From Macrostomum lignano (Eukaryota): a DNA stretch of 41,641 bases. Under the pieces are notes generated by a model. The model had not been told where the DNA came from. It ran no database searches and was given only the letters and a program-made list of their open reading frames with translations. A program made the translations under genes and the position numbers. Below, piece by piece: positions 10,638 to 21,825 of this stretch. Location of the stretch: assembly GCA_002269645.1 (NCBI GenBank), contig NIVC01001692.1, positions 1 through 41,641 of the forward strand. Direction: 5' to 3'. Each line of letters begins with the position of its first letter. Within the stretch, counting starts at the first letter, position 1.

Positions 10638-13589
10638 ATGGCCATTAAAACCACAGCTGTTTTACCTCTGCTGCTCCTGCTTAGCGGCCCTCTAGCCAGC
10701 CTGGCTGTGCACTTTGAGCTGGGCCTGCCCGACCTAATAGCGACTAAACGGACAAAGGACGGCGAGGTCACTATCAAAGGCTACAGGGCCACGACCAATG
10801 AGGCTTTGTTGGCTACTAACAGGTAAATGGTAGATGCCGGGGACCGCTTTCTCTTCGTCTATGGCCAAGAGGTGCCAAGCAGTTACTCAGAATGAGGAGC
10901 AAATGCTCCACATTTGAGAAATTTCTTTATTCATAAGAACATCAGAGAAGTTGCTCGAGCTCGAGCTCTTGCTCAATCTCAGAGTTTGATGTGAAACTCG
11001 CCAGTTATTGCTCACTTTATTCATACGGCCAATTATTGCATTGAGCAAATCTAAGGTCCTGGTCTCAACTGCAATGCACTCCCCCTAGACTTCGCTCCAT
11101 TCTAATTACTCTGCCTTTTCTACAACTCATAACTGCGCTTGTTTAGCTATAAAAATCAGTAGATATGATATGAATGATACGCTAACTGCAAAAATTTGAC
11201 AATGAAGTGCTGCGGCAAGAGCCCACTGCTTGTGTGCCTTGGATGAGACGAGAAAATCGCGCCACTGAGGCCCCCTGACCCGTAGCCGCTGCCTGACAAC
11301 AGTACGCAGAAGAGAGTGAGAACTGAAAGAAAGACGATCTCATCCATTGAGTTGAATAGATAGAATGAAAGATGCAGAGAAGACACTCTGACCCTTTCCA
11401 ATCCTGCTTCTTTCGAAGTACACTGGCCTGTTGTTCGTTTTTACTTGATTCAATGCTTTTGCTATTACTCGCGACAGATGATAGAAGATTAAAGCAAAAC
11501 GTCTTTTCATACAATTCATTTGATAGCGGTGATGTCAAACCTCAAGCCTAGCGGGTGCACTACCAGACTTCATGCACGGACAGAGAAATATCTAGATAGA
11601 CAATTTGCAAACACGCTGGTACGCTTGTACCTCTCAAGCTTTCTTGAAAAATCCTCTAACTGGGATCGATTTACTGGGCTCCATTGTAAAATCTTTCATG
11701 ATTGACGGCAGTTATGTTTAAATTTGTTATAGTCCTTCAAGTCTTACAAGATCAAGGATTCTACTTCCTAGACCAATACATACTCCCCTAGGTCTGATAT
11801 CGCGCCCCAGTTGCTATGGGCAACGGTTGGCGATCCTCGCATAATCAAGTCCGAAGCTCTGTCTGCCACGGGGTTCAATACCAGCAAGAAGGTGTTCCAC
11901 TTCACTGACACCGGCTTCTACATGATGATGCAGCTGAAGACCAAGGAGGACTCGGAACTGCTAGCCAAACGAGCCGTGCTAAAATACGGACTGCCAATTG
12001 CTCCAAACCAGGTGCGGCACCTGCTGCTGTCTAAGCTGACCTGCGTCATGGACCTACGCGACACCGACAGGCGCTCCGTTAAAATCACTGGCGCACCGTC
12101 GAGACTCGATCGCTTCCCGCTGAAGGTAACGACTTAATGGGGGAGGAGCTGGGCTCTTTATCATAGCCTCTGAAGTACTATAAAGCTGACGGCACTCCCT
12201 TTGGTTTGTCAGGTGGAGTTCAAATCACCGCCTGGTAGCGAGTCCCGCTCGCTTTTTGAGAAGCGTCTCATCGACGACCCGGATATGAGCGTGCCCTGCA
12301 GCATCTGCCTGAGCAGCCTCAGCATAGACGCCGGTCCCGACGAAATCGCTGGTGATGCTAACGCCACCAACATCACCGAGAGCTCCGTCCTGCCGGTGCC
12401 GCCGGACGATGGGATCAACATCGGCGGCGGCGTGACCGGCAGCGACTGCCGACGATGGCAGCCCCCGACGCAGGGGACGCTGGCTCGGGAGTTGAACTCT
12501 GTAGCTTCGAACCTGTCCGGACTAGCTTGCGATGTGTCCCGTCTGGAGAAGGGCCGCTACTCGCCGGCTCTGACCGCCGCTCTGCGCCGGGCCCGTGCCG
12601 CCTGTGATCGACTGCCGCCATCGGCCTCGACGACGTCCGCGCTGCTTGCAAACTTGACCAAGTTGCTGGAGCAACTGCGAGGACTGTCGGCGACCGAGCC
12701 ACTGCGGCACCGATTGGCCCTGCGAGCGGTGTACAGCCTGGCGGGCGGCCGGACGCACAGCTTGCTGGATAGTCGACGCCTGCGGGCCCGACCGAAGCCC
12801 AAATCTGCGGCTGTTGGACTGCTGGGATCGGACGGTGCCAGATTCTCTGAGCTGGTAAACGCCGGTCTGGTTGTAACGGATGAGACTGGCGGAGAGATGA
12901 GCGGTAAGATTTGGCGACCTGAGACTCTTTCACACCGCTATTATTTCTGTGTGGTCACATGGCTTGTAACATGTGTCCCGTCCAACGGCATACCAATGCT
13001 TTTTAAAGTTCTGAAAACTATTGTAGTTAGCCGTTTGTTAAAAGTTGTACCACATTTTACTTAACCATTTATAGATCTAATGGACGAGGAAGACACAGAT
13101 TGGACCTTTTTCGCCAAGTTCAAGCTGACGGAAACCGCCAGCCCGCTGCCTCGGCCCCTGATGACCTTCTGGAACTCCGGCAGCCGTCGACTCGTCCAGC
13201 TGTCGGTCGGGGCCGGCCGCCTGGCCTCGGTGCTTGCATCGGAACGCTCGTCTGCAGCACCGAAGTTTGGAGACCTCAAATCCGTTGCCAGCTACACGGC
13301 GCTGACCTCGGCTATACTGCCAGGAGCCTGGCATAGCGTCGCTGTGATCAGCCCGATTGGCGCGCTTGTGCTCGACGGCAGGCCGCTGACTGCTGGCTTC
13401 GACGCCGACGCGACCGTGGCTTCCGCTAGTCCGGCCGCCGCGCTGCCCACCGACCGGCCGCGTCTCTGGCTTGGCGCTGCACCGCCTAATGGCGGCGGCT
13501 TCGGCGGCGTCATCGGCTGCTTCGGCGCAGCCGCTGCGGCCCTGTCACCGGCCGAGATCGAAGCGGCAATAGCTGCCTACTGCGGTTGA
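10638..13589 (+). CDS. Secreted protein with C-terminal LamG/concanavalin-A-like domain, predicted 4 exons (10638-10822, 11792-12125, 12213-12903, 13075-13589), about 574 aa
   Basis: Signal peptide MAIKTTAVLPLLLLLSGPLASLA. GT-AG junctions have consistent phases (2,0,1). The C-terminal WHSVAV..LVLDG..LWLG..FGGVIGCF..LSPAEI pattern is typical of LamG-like folds. Confidence 0.75.
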
Positions 13590-13909
13590 TCAGCGCGAAC
13601 AAAACCATTTATTTAATACGACATTTTCTCAAGCGCCATACGCTGAGCTTTGATCCAGAGAAACATTTTGAGCATTGCTGGCTGTCAATATTGAATTCTA
13701 GTTTAGCGCTAGAAATGAAAATTATTACCAATAGAATCAATAGAGACCTTTTCTGAACTATCGTGAAGGTAAAGGTAGATTAGCACACTGCAATATTTGA
13801 TAATATATGAGTTGTCATTTTCAAGTTTAATTTGGTATATCAACGATTAACAGCTATTTTCCTTTTTTAAACTTGTATTCTTCCGTGTCATTCCATATTT
13901 ATGGGCTAA

Positions 13910-14005
13910 TTTCGTGTTTGTCGTGTGCGATTCAATCACATGAGGGCCGATGCCCAAGGTACAGAGAGTGTACATGTGTCATGCTGCCTCTGTGTGACTC
14001 CGTGA
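13910..14005 (+). repeat. Dispersed repeat family X, copy 2
   Basis: ttgtcgtgtgcgattcaatcacatgagggccgatgcccaaggtacagagagtgtacatg resembles copies 1 and 3. Confidence 0.55.
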
Positions 14006-15009
14006 GTTGCGGCAGTGCCCGAAGCTCTCCGTCTATACCTACAAACTTAGTTAACTAGCAAGAGGATTCTAAGAGCAAACCAAGGACAACTGAAGTTACT
14101 TAAGTTGTCCTTGGAGCAAACGTGTGCAATGAGTAGCAACAGCACTATAACAAAATAAATCCTGTTCGATAAATTATGCAAGCAAACTATGAGAACTTTA
14201 GACATTATAGTTCGGTCAGCCAGTTACCAAGTACATGCTCATGTATTAAAATGCGTATATACAAAGAATGGAATATTCGAGTAAATATAAGTATAATATT
14301 TACAAAAAACAAATTTCCAATGCGAAAATCACAAGTAAAACACATTATATTGATACATTCAGAGGACTATTGTTTATTGACATGTTCAAGTTTAATGTTC
14401 GTGTTATAGTCAATCAATAATAAGCACAATTGAGCATACGTGCATGGAGACTCAGTCTGTCAATAAGTACTCGCTCGCACTTGAAGGATTAGAAAACCTA
14501 AAAACTTACTGTGCTTATTAAAAGCGCTCAACGCATGAAAACTTTTATTGCATTACCGACACCTCATTATTCATTAGTAAAATTTATAGGAGCAACAAAA
14601 TATCCTATTAGTGACTGAAAGACGTTGAAAGAGAAACATTGAGACCAAAGTTGCTGGATAATAAAAATATGATTTTATTTATATTGGGAATAAAAGCAGC
14701 TTATCGATATAAATACGTGTAGTAAGTAAATTTCCTACTAATTAAAAGATACCAAAACCCTAGCTATTTCACTCGCATTCCGATAGTAATACTCATTTAA
14801 GCTACTCTTGATTTAGTAGCTTGAACGAGCATGTTTAATTATTCTTTTTTAAAGAAATTTGTTATCAGCATTTCCATTTCAGTATTAACAAAGATCCAAC
14901 ATAATTTCAAAGTGAACTATCTAGTTTTTATATAGTATCAATGGGTTCAAAAGAATTGCAACATATTTCGAGTACGTATATTCGGTAAAATCCAAACCAA
15001 CATTTGATT

Positions 15010-15310
15010 CTTTTCGGCAATCTTTTTTAGTCCAAGGGCCAAACGAGAGGGGAAAGGAGAGAATAGAGGAGAGAGGTGAGGAAAAAATAGATTAGATATG
15101 AGAAGAGAGGCGGGAGAGTAGATTTAAGGATAGATGGGATGAGAGTTGAAGGGAAAGTCGAGAAGAGAGGAGAGGAAATGAGATGAAGGGGGAAGAGAAG
15201 AGAGCTGAGAAGAGACACAAACCTTGACTTGAGTGGGCCGAATTGCTGTGGTGAGTTTCAAAGGACCTAAAAATCGGTAAAAGAGGCTTCGTGGGCTAAC
15301 CTTTACTGGA
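15010..15310. mobile_element. Degenerate hAT-like MITE copy with internal GA-rich tract
   Basis: Shares gagacacaa..cctgac..gtga(g/a)tttcaaaggacc..ggct tc..gggc with 19150-19324. Termini are eroded. Confidence 0.5.
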
Positions 15311-15414
15311 TACTCGTAATATGGTGCTCAGTAAGCTATGATCATGAGAAAAATTTCATCGAATAATACATCGGTCTAGCGCGGCGCTCTGATGTGCTCG
15401 GCTTGGCTCTGCTC

Positions 15415-15530
15415 GTGCAATTAAGGCCTTTGAGGGCCAACCCCCAGGGCACAGGGAAGTGTACATGCATAACGATAAATAAAGTTAGGGTCGCTGTACA
15501 CTCCTGTGTGACATTCCTAAGTGTGTGCAT
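15415..15530 (+). repeat. Dispersed repeat family X, copy 3
   Basis: gagggccaacccccagggcacagggaagtgtacatg..gtcgctgtacactcctgtgtga matches the reverse complement of 6705-6800. Confidence 0.65.
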
Positions 15531-15698
15531 GTGCGTATGACTGCGTACGTATCCGCGCGCTTCTGTGCGCTGCTCAGGGGAGTCGGCGGAATGGGCAGTA
15601 ATGCTAATTGGGACAATTTCGCTTGAAAGTCCACCCCCTGCCTCTAACCAAAACACATCAATTGCTAGAAGTTACCGAATACCCAGCAGTTCAAAAAT

Positions 15699-16433
15699 TC
15701 AAACTCGCCGACCCACTCTCGGAGGGCGCTGCATTCGACGTCGTTCTCGCCGACGGACACAGATACTGCAGACACTGTCGCTGCCTCTATCATTGTCGAC
15801 TGCTCTAGCTGCAGGAGCTACCGGTCCAACGTGAATCAGCGGAGCTCGAAAGTGATAGCCAAAGAGGCACAGCAGACAGCAGACAGACAGAAGCACGAGA
15901 GCTACAAGTACAACCGGCTGCCATAGCACAGGCACAGAGGACATAAATGCGGTCAGGCCTCTTCCAGCCGCTCTGCAAACAATCTCAACAGGCAGCACTA
16001 GCAGATCTTGCAGACTTAGCAGCAGCACCCGCAGTAGGGAAATCCGCCACAGTGGACTCAACAAGCTCGCTGAGCAATCAACCTGACTGGATTCCGAGCG
16101 CCAGCTAACCAAACTATTCAAGAGACCGGCTATAGACCAGCTGGAACAGCCGGTCCTCAGAAGATCCAGCTGTCTGTGATACTCTTTCACCAGCTCCACG
16201 GCGATGGAAGTCATCAAGGCGAAGATGAATAAAAGCAGAAGCCACAGTCTGAGACGCCGACGTAGCTTTAAGTAGGCGCAGCCGGGGCAGGCGAGGCCGG
16301 AGACCCACAGAAAGTACATGAGGGTGCCCAGTGCGCAGGCGAATAGGATAACGGCTGAGGCGTGACTGCCTGAGCTACTGGCGGGAGCGGCAGCAGATCC
16401 GGCGCTGAGGTGGCTGGATAGCCATTGAAGCAT
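15699..16433 (-). CDS. CLCC1/MCLC-like short membrane protein, paralog 1 (about 244 aa)
   Basis: Multiple TM segments. The core C..W....C..SPLWRIS..L..L.PVE..GRG..FMSSVPVLWQPVVL..FGYHFRAP matches the recalled spacing of the CLCC1 core (C-W-W-C-NPIW-P-G-IP-LPVL). Acceptor TTTCCAG lies 4 nt before the ATG. Confidence 0.6.
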   Translation of the reverse strand: MLQWLSSHLSAGSAAAPASSSGSHASAVILFACALGTLMYFLWVSGLACPGCAYLKLRRRLRLWLLLLFIFALMTSIAVELVKEYHRQLDLLRTGCSSWSIAGLLNSLVSWRSESSQVDCSASLLSPLWRISLLRVLLLSLQDLLVLPVEIVCRAAGRGLTAFMSSVPVLWQPVVLVALVLLSVCCLLCLFGYHFRAPLIHVGPVAPAARAVDNDRGSDSVCSICVRRRERRRMQRPPRVGRRV

Positions 16434-16596
16434 CACTCTGGAAACAGTGTTATGGCATGGCTAATCAGTTAAATTTTGCGGTATATTACAATATTACACG
16501 AAAACCTATGAAACCTAAGCATAAATTATCTAGAGGACGAGGAGGGTAAAGGGAAGCAAGAGTCGAAATTAAGTGAAGTTAATAGTAATGACAACT

Positions 16597-16890
16597 ATAA
16601 TAATAATTGATTACACCTGCCCTAATGGCCAGATGTGCAACCGACAGCTCAGCCGCAGCTATTGCGCGGCGCATCTGAAGGCTGCGTACGGCTGTTCAGT
16701 CCATGGACTTGGGGGGGGGTCGCCATACACACACACTCACTCAATTACCCCAGCTAATGCTGGCACCCATTTTACAGCATGGTAAACTGAAGGAATGCAG
16801 ATTTTAAGTGTATTGCTGCAGGACAAAAATTGTTCTGTGTGGGTCGAGAATCGAACCCCAGACCTTTCAGTCGTGAGTCTGATGCTTTAG
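16597..16890 (-). mobile_element. tRNA-derived SINE with CORE(MIR)-like central domain, copy 1 (5'-truncated head)
   Basis: Minus strand shows a tRNA-like anticodon arm and B box (GGGTTCGATTCTC). Plus strand cccatttacagcatggtaaactgaagg..ttaagtgtattgc resembles the MIR CORE antisense consensus as recalled. It ends in an (ATT)n tail. Confidence 0.7.
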
Positions 16891-18413
16891 GGAAGGAGAG
16901 AAGAGAGGGAAGGAGAGAAGAGGGAAAGAGAGAGAAGAAAGGAAAGGAAAGGAGAGAGGAGACCTGAGCCTGTCTGAGCTGCATGAGCATATGGGGCCAA
17001 TTCATCGATGTATAAGCTGGCAATTTGTTACTATCAATTAGCCAGTGTGAAGTAAGTATGAAACATTATAAATCGAGAATGAAAGACTATTAGATATCCT
17101 GTTTATAGCTGACAGAACAGAGTAACAGAAATAACTTTGATAATCTGTGAGCAACACGTACATGTGTAATTATTGAAATTTTAATTGAGTATTGTAGGCA
17201 AAAGGGTTATACCAATAGTAACAACAAACTACTAAAGTCTAACTTTAGTGAACCCCAAATGAATAGAACACAATGATATTAAGTAGTAAAAAGTGTTTAA
17301 AAATTATAATCTTTATTTTCCAACGAAAGATAAGCGAGTATTTCAGAGCTTATCATCGAGCGAAACAAAAACGAAAACGGTGCTCAAAAGAAGCAAAAGA
17401 TTAAAAAAATATTCGCTGTTTTAAGCTTTAAAATGTGCAAAAGTAGATAAATAAAAAGAATAGCCAATATAGCTACAATAAGTAATAAATACCGATAGAA
17501 AATAAAACAGTAAACATTAATAAATAAAAGTACAAGAATGTGTATAAACTTGCATTTTGAGTTAAATTGATAGTAAAAATCTCAGTCATAGTTAGAGTTT
17601 CAAGTTTATTGCTCGAGTGGCCAGAACTCCTATCCGGGTATCACAACTAAATACAAAACAATTGAATCATCACAATATACTAAATCTCTAAGGTTTGTCT
17701 GACCGGTATCTCAGTCTACAGCCTGAAAGCCTGAACCGATTTTTTTCAAACAACTAAATTGCCAGTACGTGTCATGTAATCAATCATAATAATCAAAACA
17801 GTATTTTTAATCTTAACCTCGCTTTATATTTCACCGACAGTGTTCTGTTACAAATAAAAAGCATAACTCTTTAAAAGTTCACTGACTTTTGAACGGTAAT
17901 TGAACCTAAATCACAAAATAAAAAACTTCTGGCAGCCTAGATTCGTTTCAATTGGATTGATTTGCCTTAAAAACGAATAGGGGAAAGGAGAGAGGACAGA
18001 GGAGGAGAAGAGAGGAGAGGAAAGAGAAGAGTAAAGAGTAGAGAGTAGAGGAGAAAGAGAGGAAATGCAGCTGGATATTGGAATAAAACACCTACATCGC
18101 AATTTATCGAGATTACTTACTTTTCTGTCTTTTTCCAAGTTCGATCTGTTAAAGTTGTCAGAGCAAAAAAGTACAGGCGAGTTTTAAGCGAGTGGTGAAG
18201 CATCAATTTAGACTTGCTTTGAAACCAGGATTGCTTATTCGTTTTCACTCGTTTTAAAGTGGAGTAAATAGTTATAACAAGAATTAGTGATAATGAAATG
18301 TAAAGTTAAAACTTATTGTTCGAATCATCGAATGTATTTGAAAAATCACAGCTAAGTGAATTAACAGATAAAAAGAGCCAAATACCCAAATAAATTTTTG
18401 AAGTAAAAAAATA

Positions 18414-18944
18414 TCAGTACCTCGAATAATAGTTATTGTTGCCTTGAGCAAACTTGCAACCAGAGGAAGCCAGAGACTGACGAAGCTGCATCTGTTGATA
18501 ATCTTCAATTTTCCGCGCCACCTCTAGGCGTCGCTTTCGAGCCCGTAGCCCGTAGCCCAGAATTGCTAGAGCAACAACCAGCGTAGCAACAGCTACCAAC
18601 GGCTGCCACAGCGCAAAAGCAACAATCACCGATAGCAAACTTCCAGCCGCATTGGTGACAACCTCAACAGGAAATACCAGCAGATCCCAAGCACAGAGCA
18701 GCAGCACGCGAAGAATAGACACACGCCACAGAATGGTGAGCAAGCCAACGGAGCACTCTGATTGGCTAACACTAAACAACCAATTAGACAGCAAGCTTGT
18801 CACTGACCAATCAGAGCAGCGGGCTTGAGCAAGCTCCCTTTGCCATTGGTATTCTCGGTAGAATTCCACAGGAACAATTAGAAATACAAAGGCGAAAACC
18901 ATCGCAAGTAGGAAGGCCTCATAGTGCAGGTGCCGATAATCCAG
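18414..18944 (-). CDS. CLCC1/MCLC-like short membrane protein, paralog 2
   Basis: VEFYREYQWQRELAQARCSDWS..SECSVGLLTILWRVS..LLVFPVE..LWQPLV is clearly homologous to paralog 1. Acceptor TTTTTTAAG| at 18945; the true start is uncertain. Confidence 0.6.
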   Translation of the reverse strand: MDYRHLHYEAFLLAMVFAFVFLIVPVEFYREYQWQRELAQARCSDWSVTSLLSNWLFSVSQSECSVGLLTILWRVSILRVLLLCAWDLLVFPVEVVTNAAGSLLSVIVAFALWQPLVAVATLVVALAILGYGLRARKRRLEVARKIEDYQQMQLRQSLASSGCKFAQGNNNYYSRY

Positions 18945-19149
18945 CTTAAAAAACCGAATATAGAAAATCAATCCAACAGTAAAGCATGCGTATAAGCTGC
19001 ACCGTAAGATATCTGTACCGGAAAAGACTGTTGCAGATTCTGCCTTGATGACAGGGCCATTTAGCCACTGGTAAATGGGTCTGAAATTATAATCATATTG
19101 TGAGCTAAACCAGAAAAGTTGCCTCTTTGTTTCTTGAGCACGTAGCCAC

Positions 19150-19324
19150 CAGGGGTCAGCAAACGTTTTTAGCTCAAGAAGAGGAGAGACGAGAGAGAGG
19201 GCAGGGAGAGGAGAGGGGAGAAAAGAGACACAATCCCTGACCCAACCAGACTGCTATAGTGAAGTTTCAAAGGACCCGAGGGCCGGATAGAGGAGCTTCA
19301 CGGGCCAGATTTTGCCAACCCCTG
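19150..19324. mobile_element. hAT (Charlie/MER58-type) MITE with internal GA-rich tract
   Basis: Imperfect TIRs CAGGGGTCAGCAAA / TTTGCCAACCCCTG, with subterminal gggcc(g/a)gat motifs. No 8-bp TSD is retained. Confidence 0.6.
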
Positions 19325-19401
19325 AGTCATGACCTGATATTACCAATCATTGTCGTTTGACAGATAAATCAGATTAGATTCTTCATAACTCCCTTCTGTC
19401 T

Positions 19402-19824
19402 TCACAACAGAAATCTGGACCATAATTTCTGGTAACTTTCTGGTAAGGGAAGTGAACAAGGAGACTTCCATCCAAGCCATATAAAAATGGTCTTTAGGAA
19501 CAAGAGCGAATCGGATGCCCACCTGCCAGCAATGAGGCCACCAAGTTCCACCGGAAGCACTAGTAGATCCCGCAGGCTAAATAGTAGCATTTTTGGTAAT
19601 GAAATTCGCCACAAAATTGCTAGCGGCCCAACGGAGCATTCTGATTGGCTGCGCTCACTTGGCCACCAGAACCAATCATCGGAGCAGCTAGCACGGGCCA
19701 GCGTCGATTGTAAGCGATATTCGCGAGAAATTTCCATGGCAACAAAGGAAACTGTTGCTATGCTGGTGAGCATCATCAGCAGGCATGCCGCAGTGCCGCA
19801 GAGGTCAGACAAACAGCGGAACAT
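19402..19824 (-). CDS. CLCC1/MCLC-like short membrane protein, paralog 3 (C-terminally truncated or diverged, possibly a pseudogene)
   Basis: MEISREYRLQSTLARASCSDDW..SERSQSECSVGPLAILWRISLPKMLLFSLRDLLVLPVE is homologous to paralogs 1 and 2. Similarity stops after AGRWAS. Acceptor AAATTTCAG| lies 9 nt before the ATG. Confidence 0.55.
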   Translation of the reverse strand: MFRCLSDLCGTAACLLMMLTSIATVSFVAMEISREYRLQSTLARASCSDDWFWWPSERSQSECSVGPLAILWRISLPKMLLFSLRDLLVLPVELGGLIAGRWASDSLLFLKTIFIWLGWKSPCSLPLPESYQKLWSRFLL

Positions 19825-19942
19825 TTTTGGCGGCTGAAATTTTGTGCAGTTAAAATCCAATTTCACTGAGTTGAAAAGAAACTAACAATTCAAATAATTT
19901 TTATTATTATTAAATAAAGTCAATTTTAAGTTACAAAGACTT

Positions 19943-20165
19943 ATAACAATAATAATTAATTGATTACACCTGCCTCAATTGGGCCAGATGTGCAACCGAC
20001 AGCTCAGCCGCAGCTATTGCGCGGCGCATCTGAAGGCTGCGTACGGCTGTTCAAGTCCAAGGACTGGGGGGTCGCCACACAATTGTTCCAGTGGGATCGG
20101 GAATCGAACCCTCGACCTTCAAGTCATGAGTCCGATGCTCTGACCAGTAGGCCTATGCTACAACC
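19943..20165 (-). mobile_element. tRNA-derived SINE, copy 2 (CORE-like segment absent)
   Basis: Head TACTGGTCAGAGCATCGGACTCATGACTTGAAGGTCGAGGGTTCGATTCCC is tRNA-like. The 3' body is identical to copy 1 over 72 nt, followed by an AT-rich tail. Confidence 0.7.
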
Positions 20166-21825
20166 TATGCTACAACAGAGACTGCAAAGAGTAATGATTC
20201 CACTAAGCTACTAGTCATTAGAGAAAATACCCAGAAAATACTGAAGCCATAATAATCAAGGATTGAAGACAAAAAGTAATGCTTAATATTTATGAAGCAA
20301 ATCATTTGTACATAATTAAATACGGATACTTTAGGCACAATTACGAGTATTACAGCTAAGTAAGAAAGCAGAACAATATGGGCAAATATTCATATTTGTA
20401 TTTGCAAACAAAAAAGGCGGGCTAGCGCTGAAACGCTGAGACTTTGGCATTCGAAGTGACAAGGTTTCTTGGTCATTAGTGAGAATAAATAAACTGTAAA
20501 TTATCAGAATCTTTCCTTTTAAAAGCAAATATCAAGCAATGAAATTGTATTTTAGTACAGCCTAAAACAAAACAAATAACAATAAATAATGGTAGATATG
20601 AACCCGCGTAAAAAATACGATAATTTTTGCAACCAAACGAAGCCAATACAAAGACCAGAACGTATAGATCGAGCTCCGATAGCAATCGCACAAAAACTTT
20701 TCATTGGAAACGGTGTTTTCACCTTTGACGCATAGATAAAAATCAACTGGAAAGTAGTTTCTTTAGAATTCATAATCCGATTTTTTTAAATTATTCCTTA
20801 CAAGGAAAAAATGTCCTTAGTCCTTAATGTCCTTAACAGGAATAACAGGTTACAGACCAGAGAATTGCAATTGCCTAGAATAGAGGTGTCAATAAAAGCA
20901 AGAAAATCCATTAGCCGTTTATAAGACTTTGAGACAACGGTTACTTTAGATAGACATGGACTTGTATCTATTATTGGTAGTTCATTAAATCGGTCTTAAG
21001 ACTCTGTTAATAACCAGTGTTTCTTAATACTGCTCGTAGTCTTAATTGGTGCTCGAACGACTTGCTACTCGTTCTAACATCACTGAGAATGAGTGTTTCT
21101 TCTGTTATTCAAATAATTTTTAAGTAAATTGTCCGTACAGTCAAGTGCACTTTTGAATTTAAGTTTAAGTACGAGCAGCATTTTATTATACGCGCTACAA
21201 GTATATATACTCGTAAATTCAACCAGATCCTTTCAACCTTCCGACATTTCAATGTGACATGGATTGTAGCAGATAAACAGTAAAATATTGAATTGGCTAG
21301 ATTTTTCAGCACATATTGATGTCTTTCAGAATCAGAGACAATCCGCCTGGAATCCTACCGCAAACGCCTTACTTAACACACTGCCTGCTTGTCATTTTTT
21401 TACAGTAAAATCAGGAGCACGGACTTAAGAGTGCTAAAGAAAGGCTTAAAAAGTGCATAAGATTCTTGAATAAATGATGTAGCATAACACAGCATCAGGT
21501 GCACAGGCAGCCGGCGACAGTCAAGTCAGCTAAACATAATTTCAGAGCCGAGTCAGGGAGAAATAGAAGATAATGGAGACGGCAGAATCCTCAAAATTGT
21601 CTGGAACCGGCTCAGACTTTCTTCGTCGAGAATGGACCACAAAAACGAAAAAAATAAGATGCGAGTTCGTGACTTTGGCCTCCGTAAATGAGTTCTTTCG
21701 GAGCAGCTGCTTTAATTTAGCTCTAGTTGTAGTAATTTTGAGCATGGTAAATTGTGTAAAAATATTGATTTGATAGAAATGCAACAGCATATAAGCACTG
21801 CAGACACCGAATATCAAAGTTGGAT

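Noticed and set aside
19142-19332. 8-bp TSD for the hAT-like MITE
   Set aside because: The flanks gtagccac and agtcatga do not match, so the classification rests on TIR-like ends only.
20098-20165. Functional tRNA-Met/Val genes (also 16846-16890)
   Set aside because: No complete acceptor stem or cloverleaf. They are joined to a shared non-tRNA body and AT tail, so they are SINE heads.
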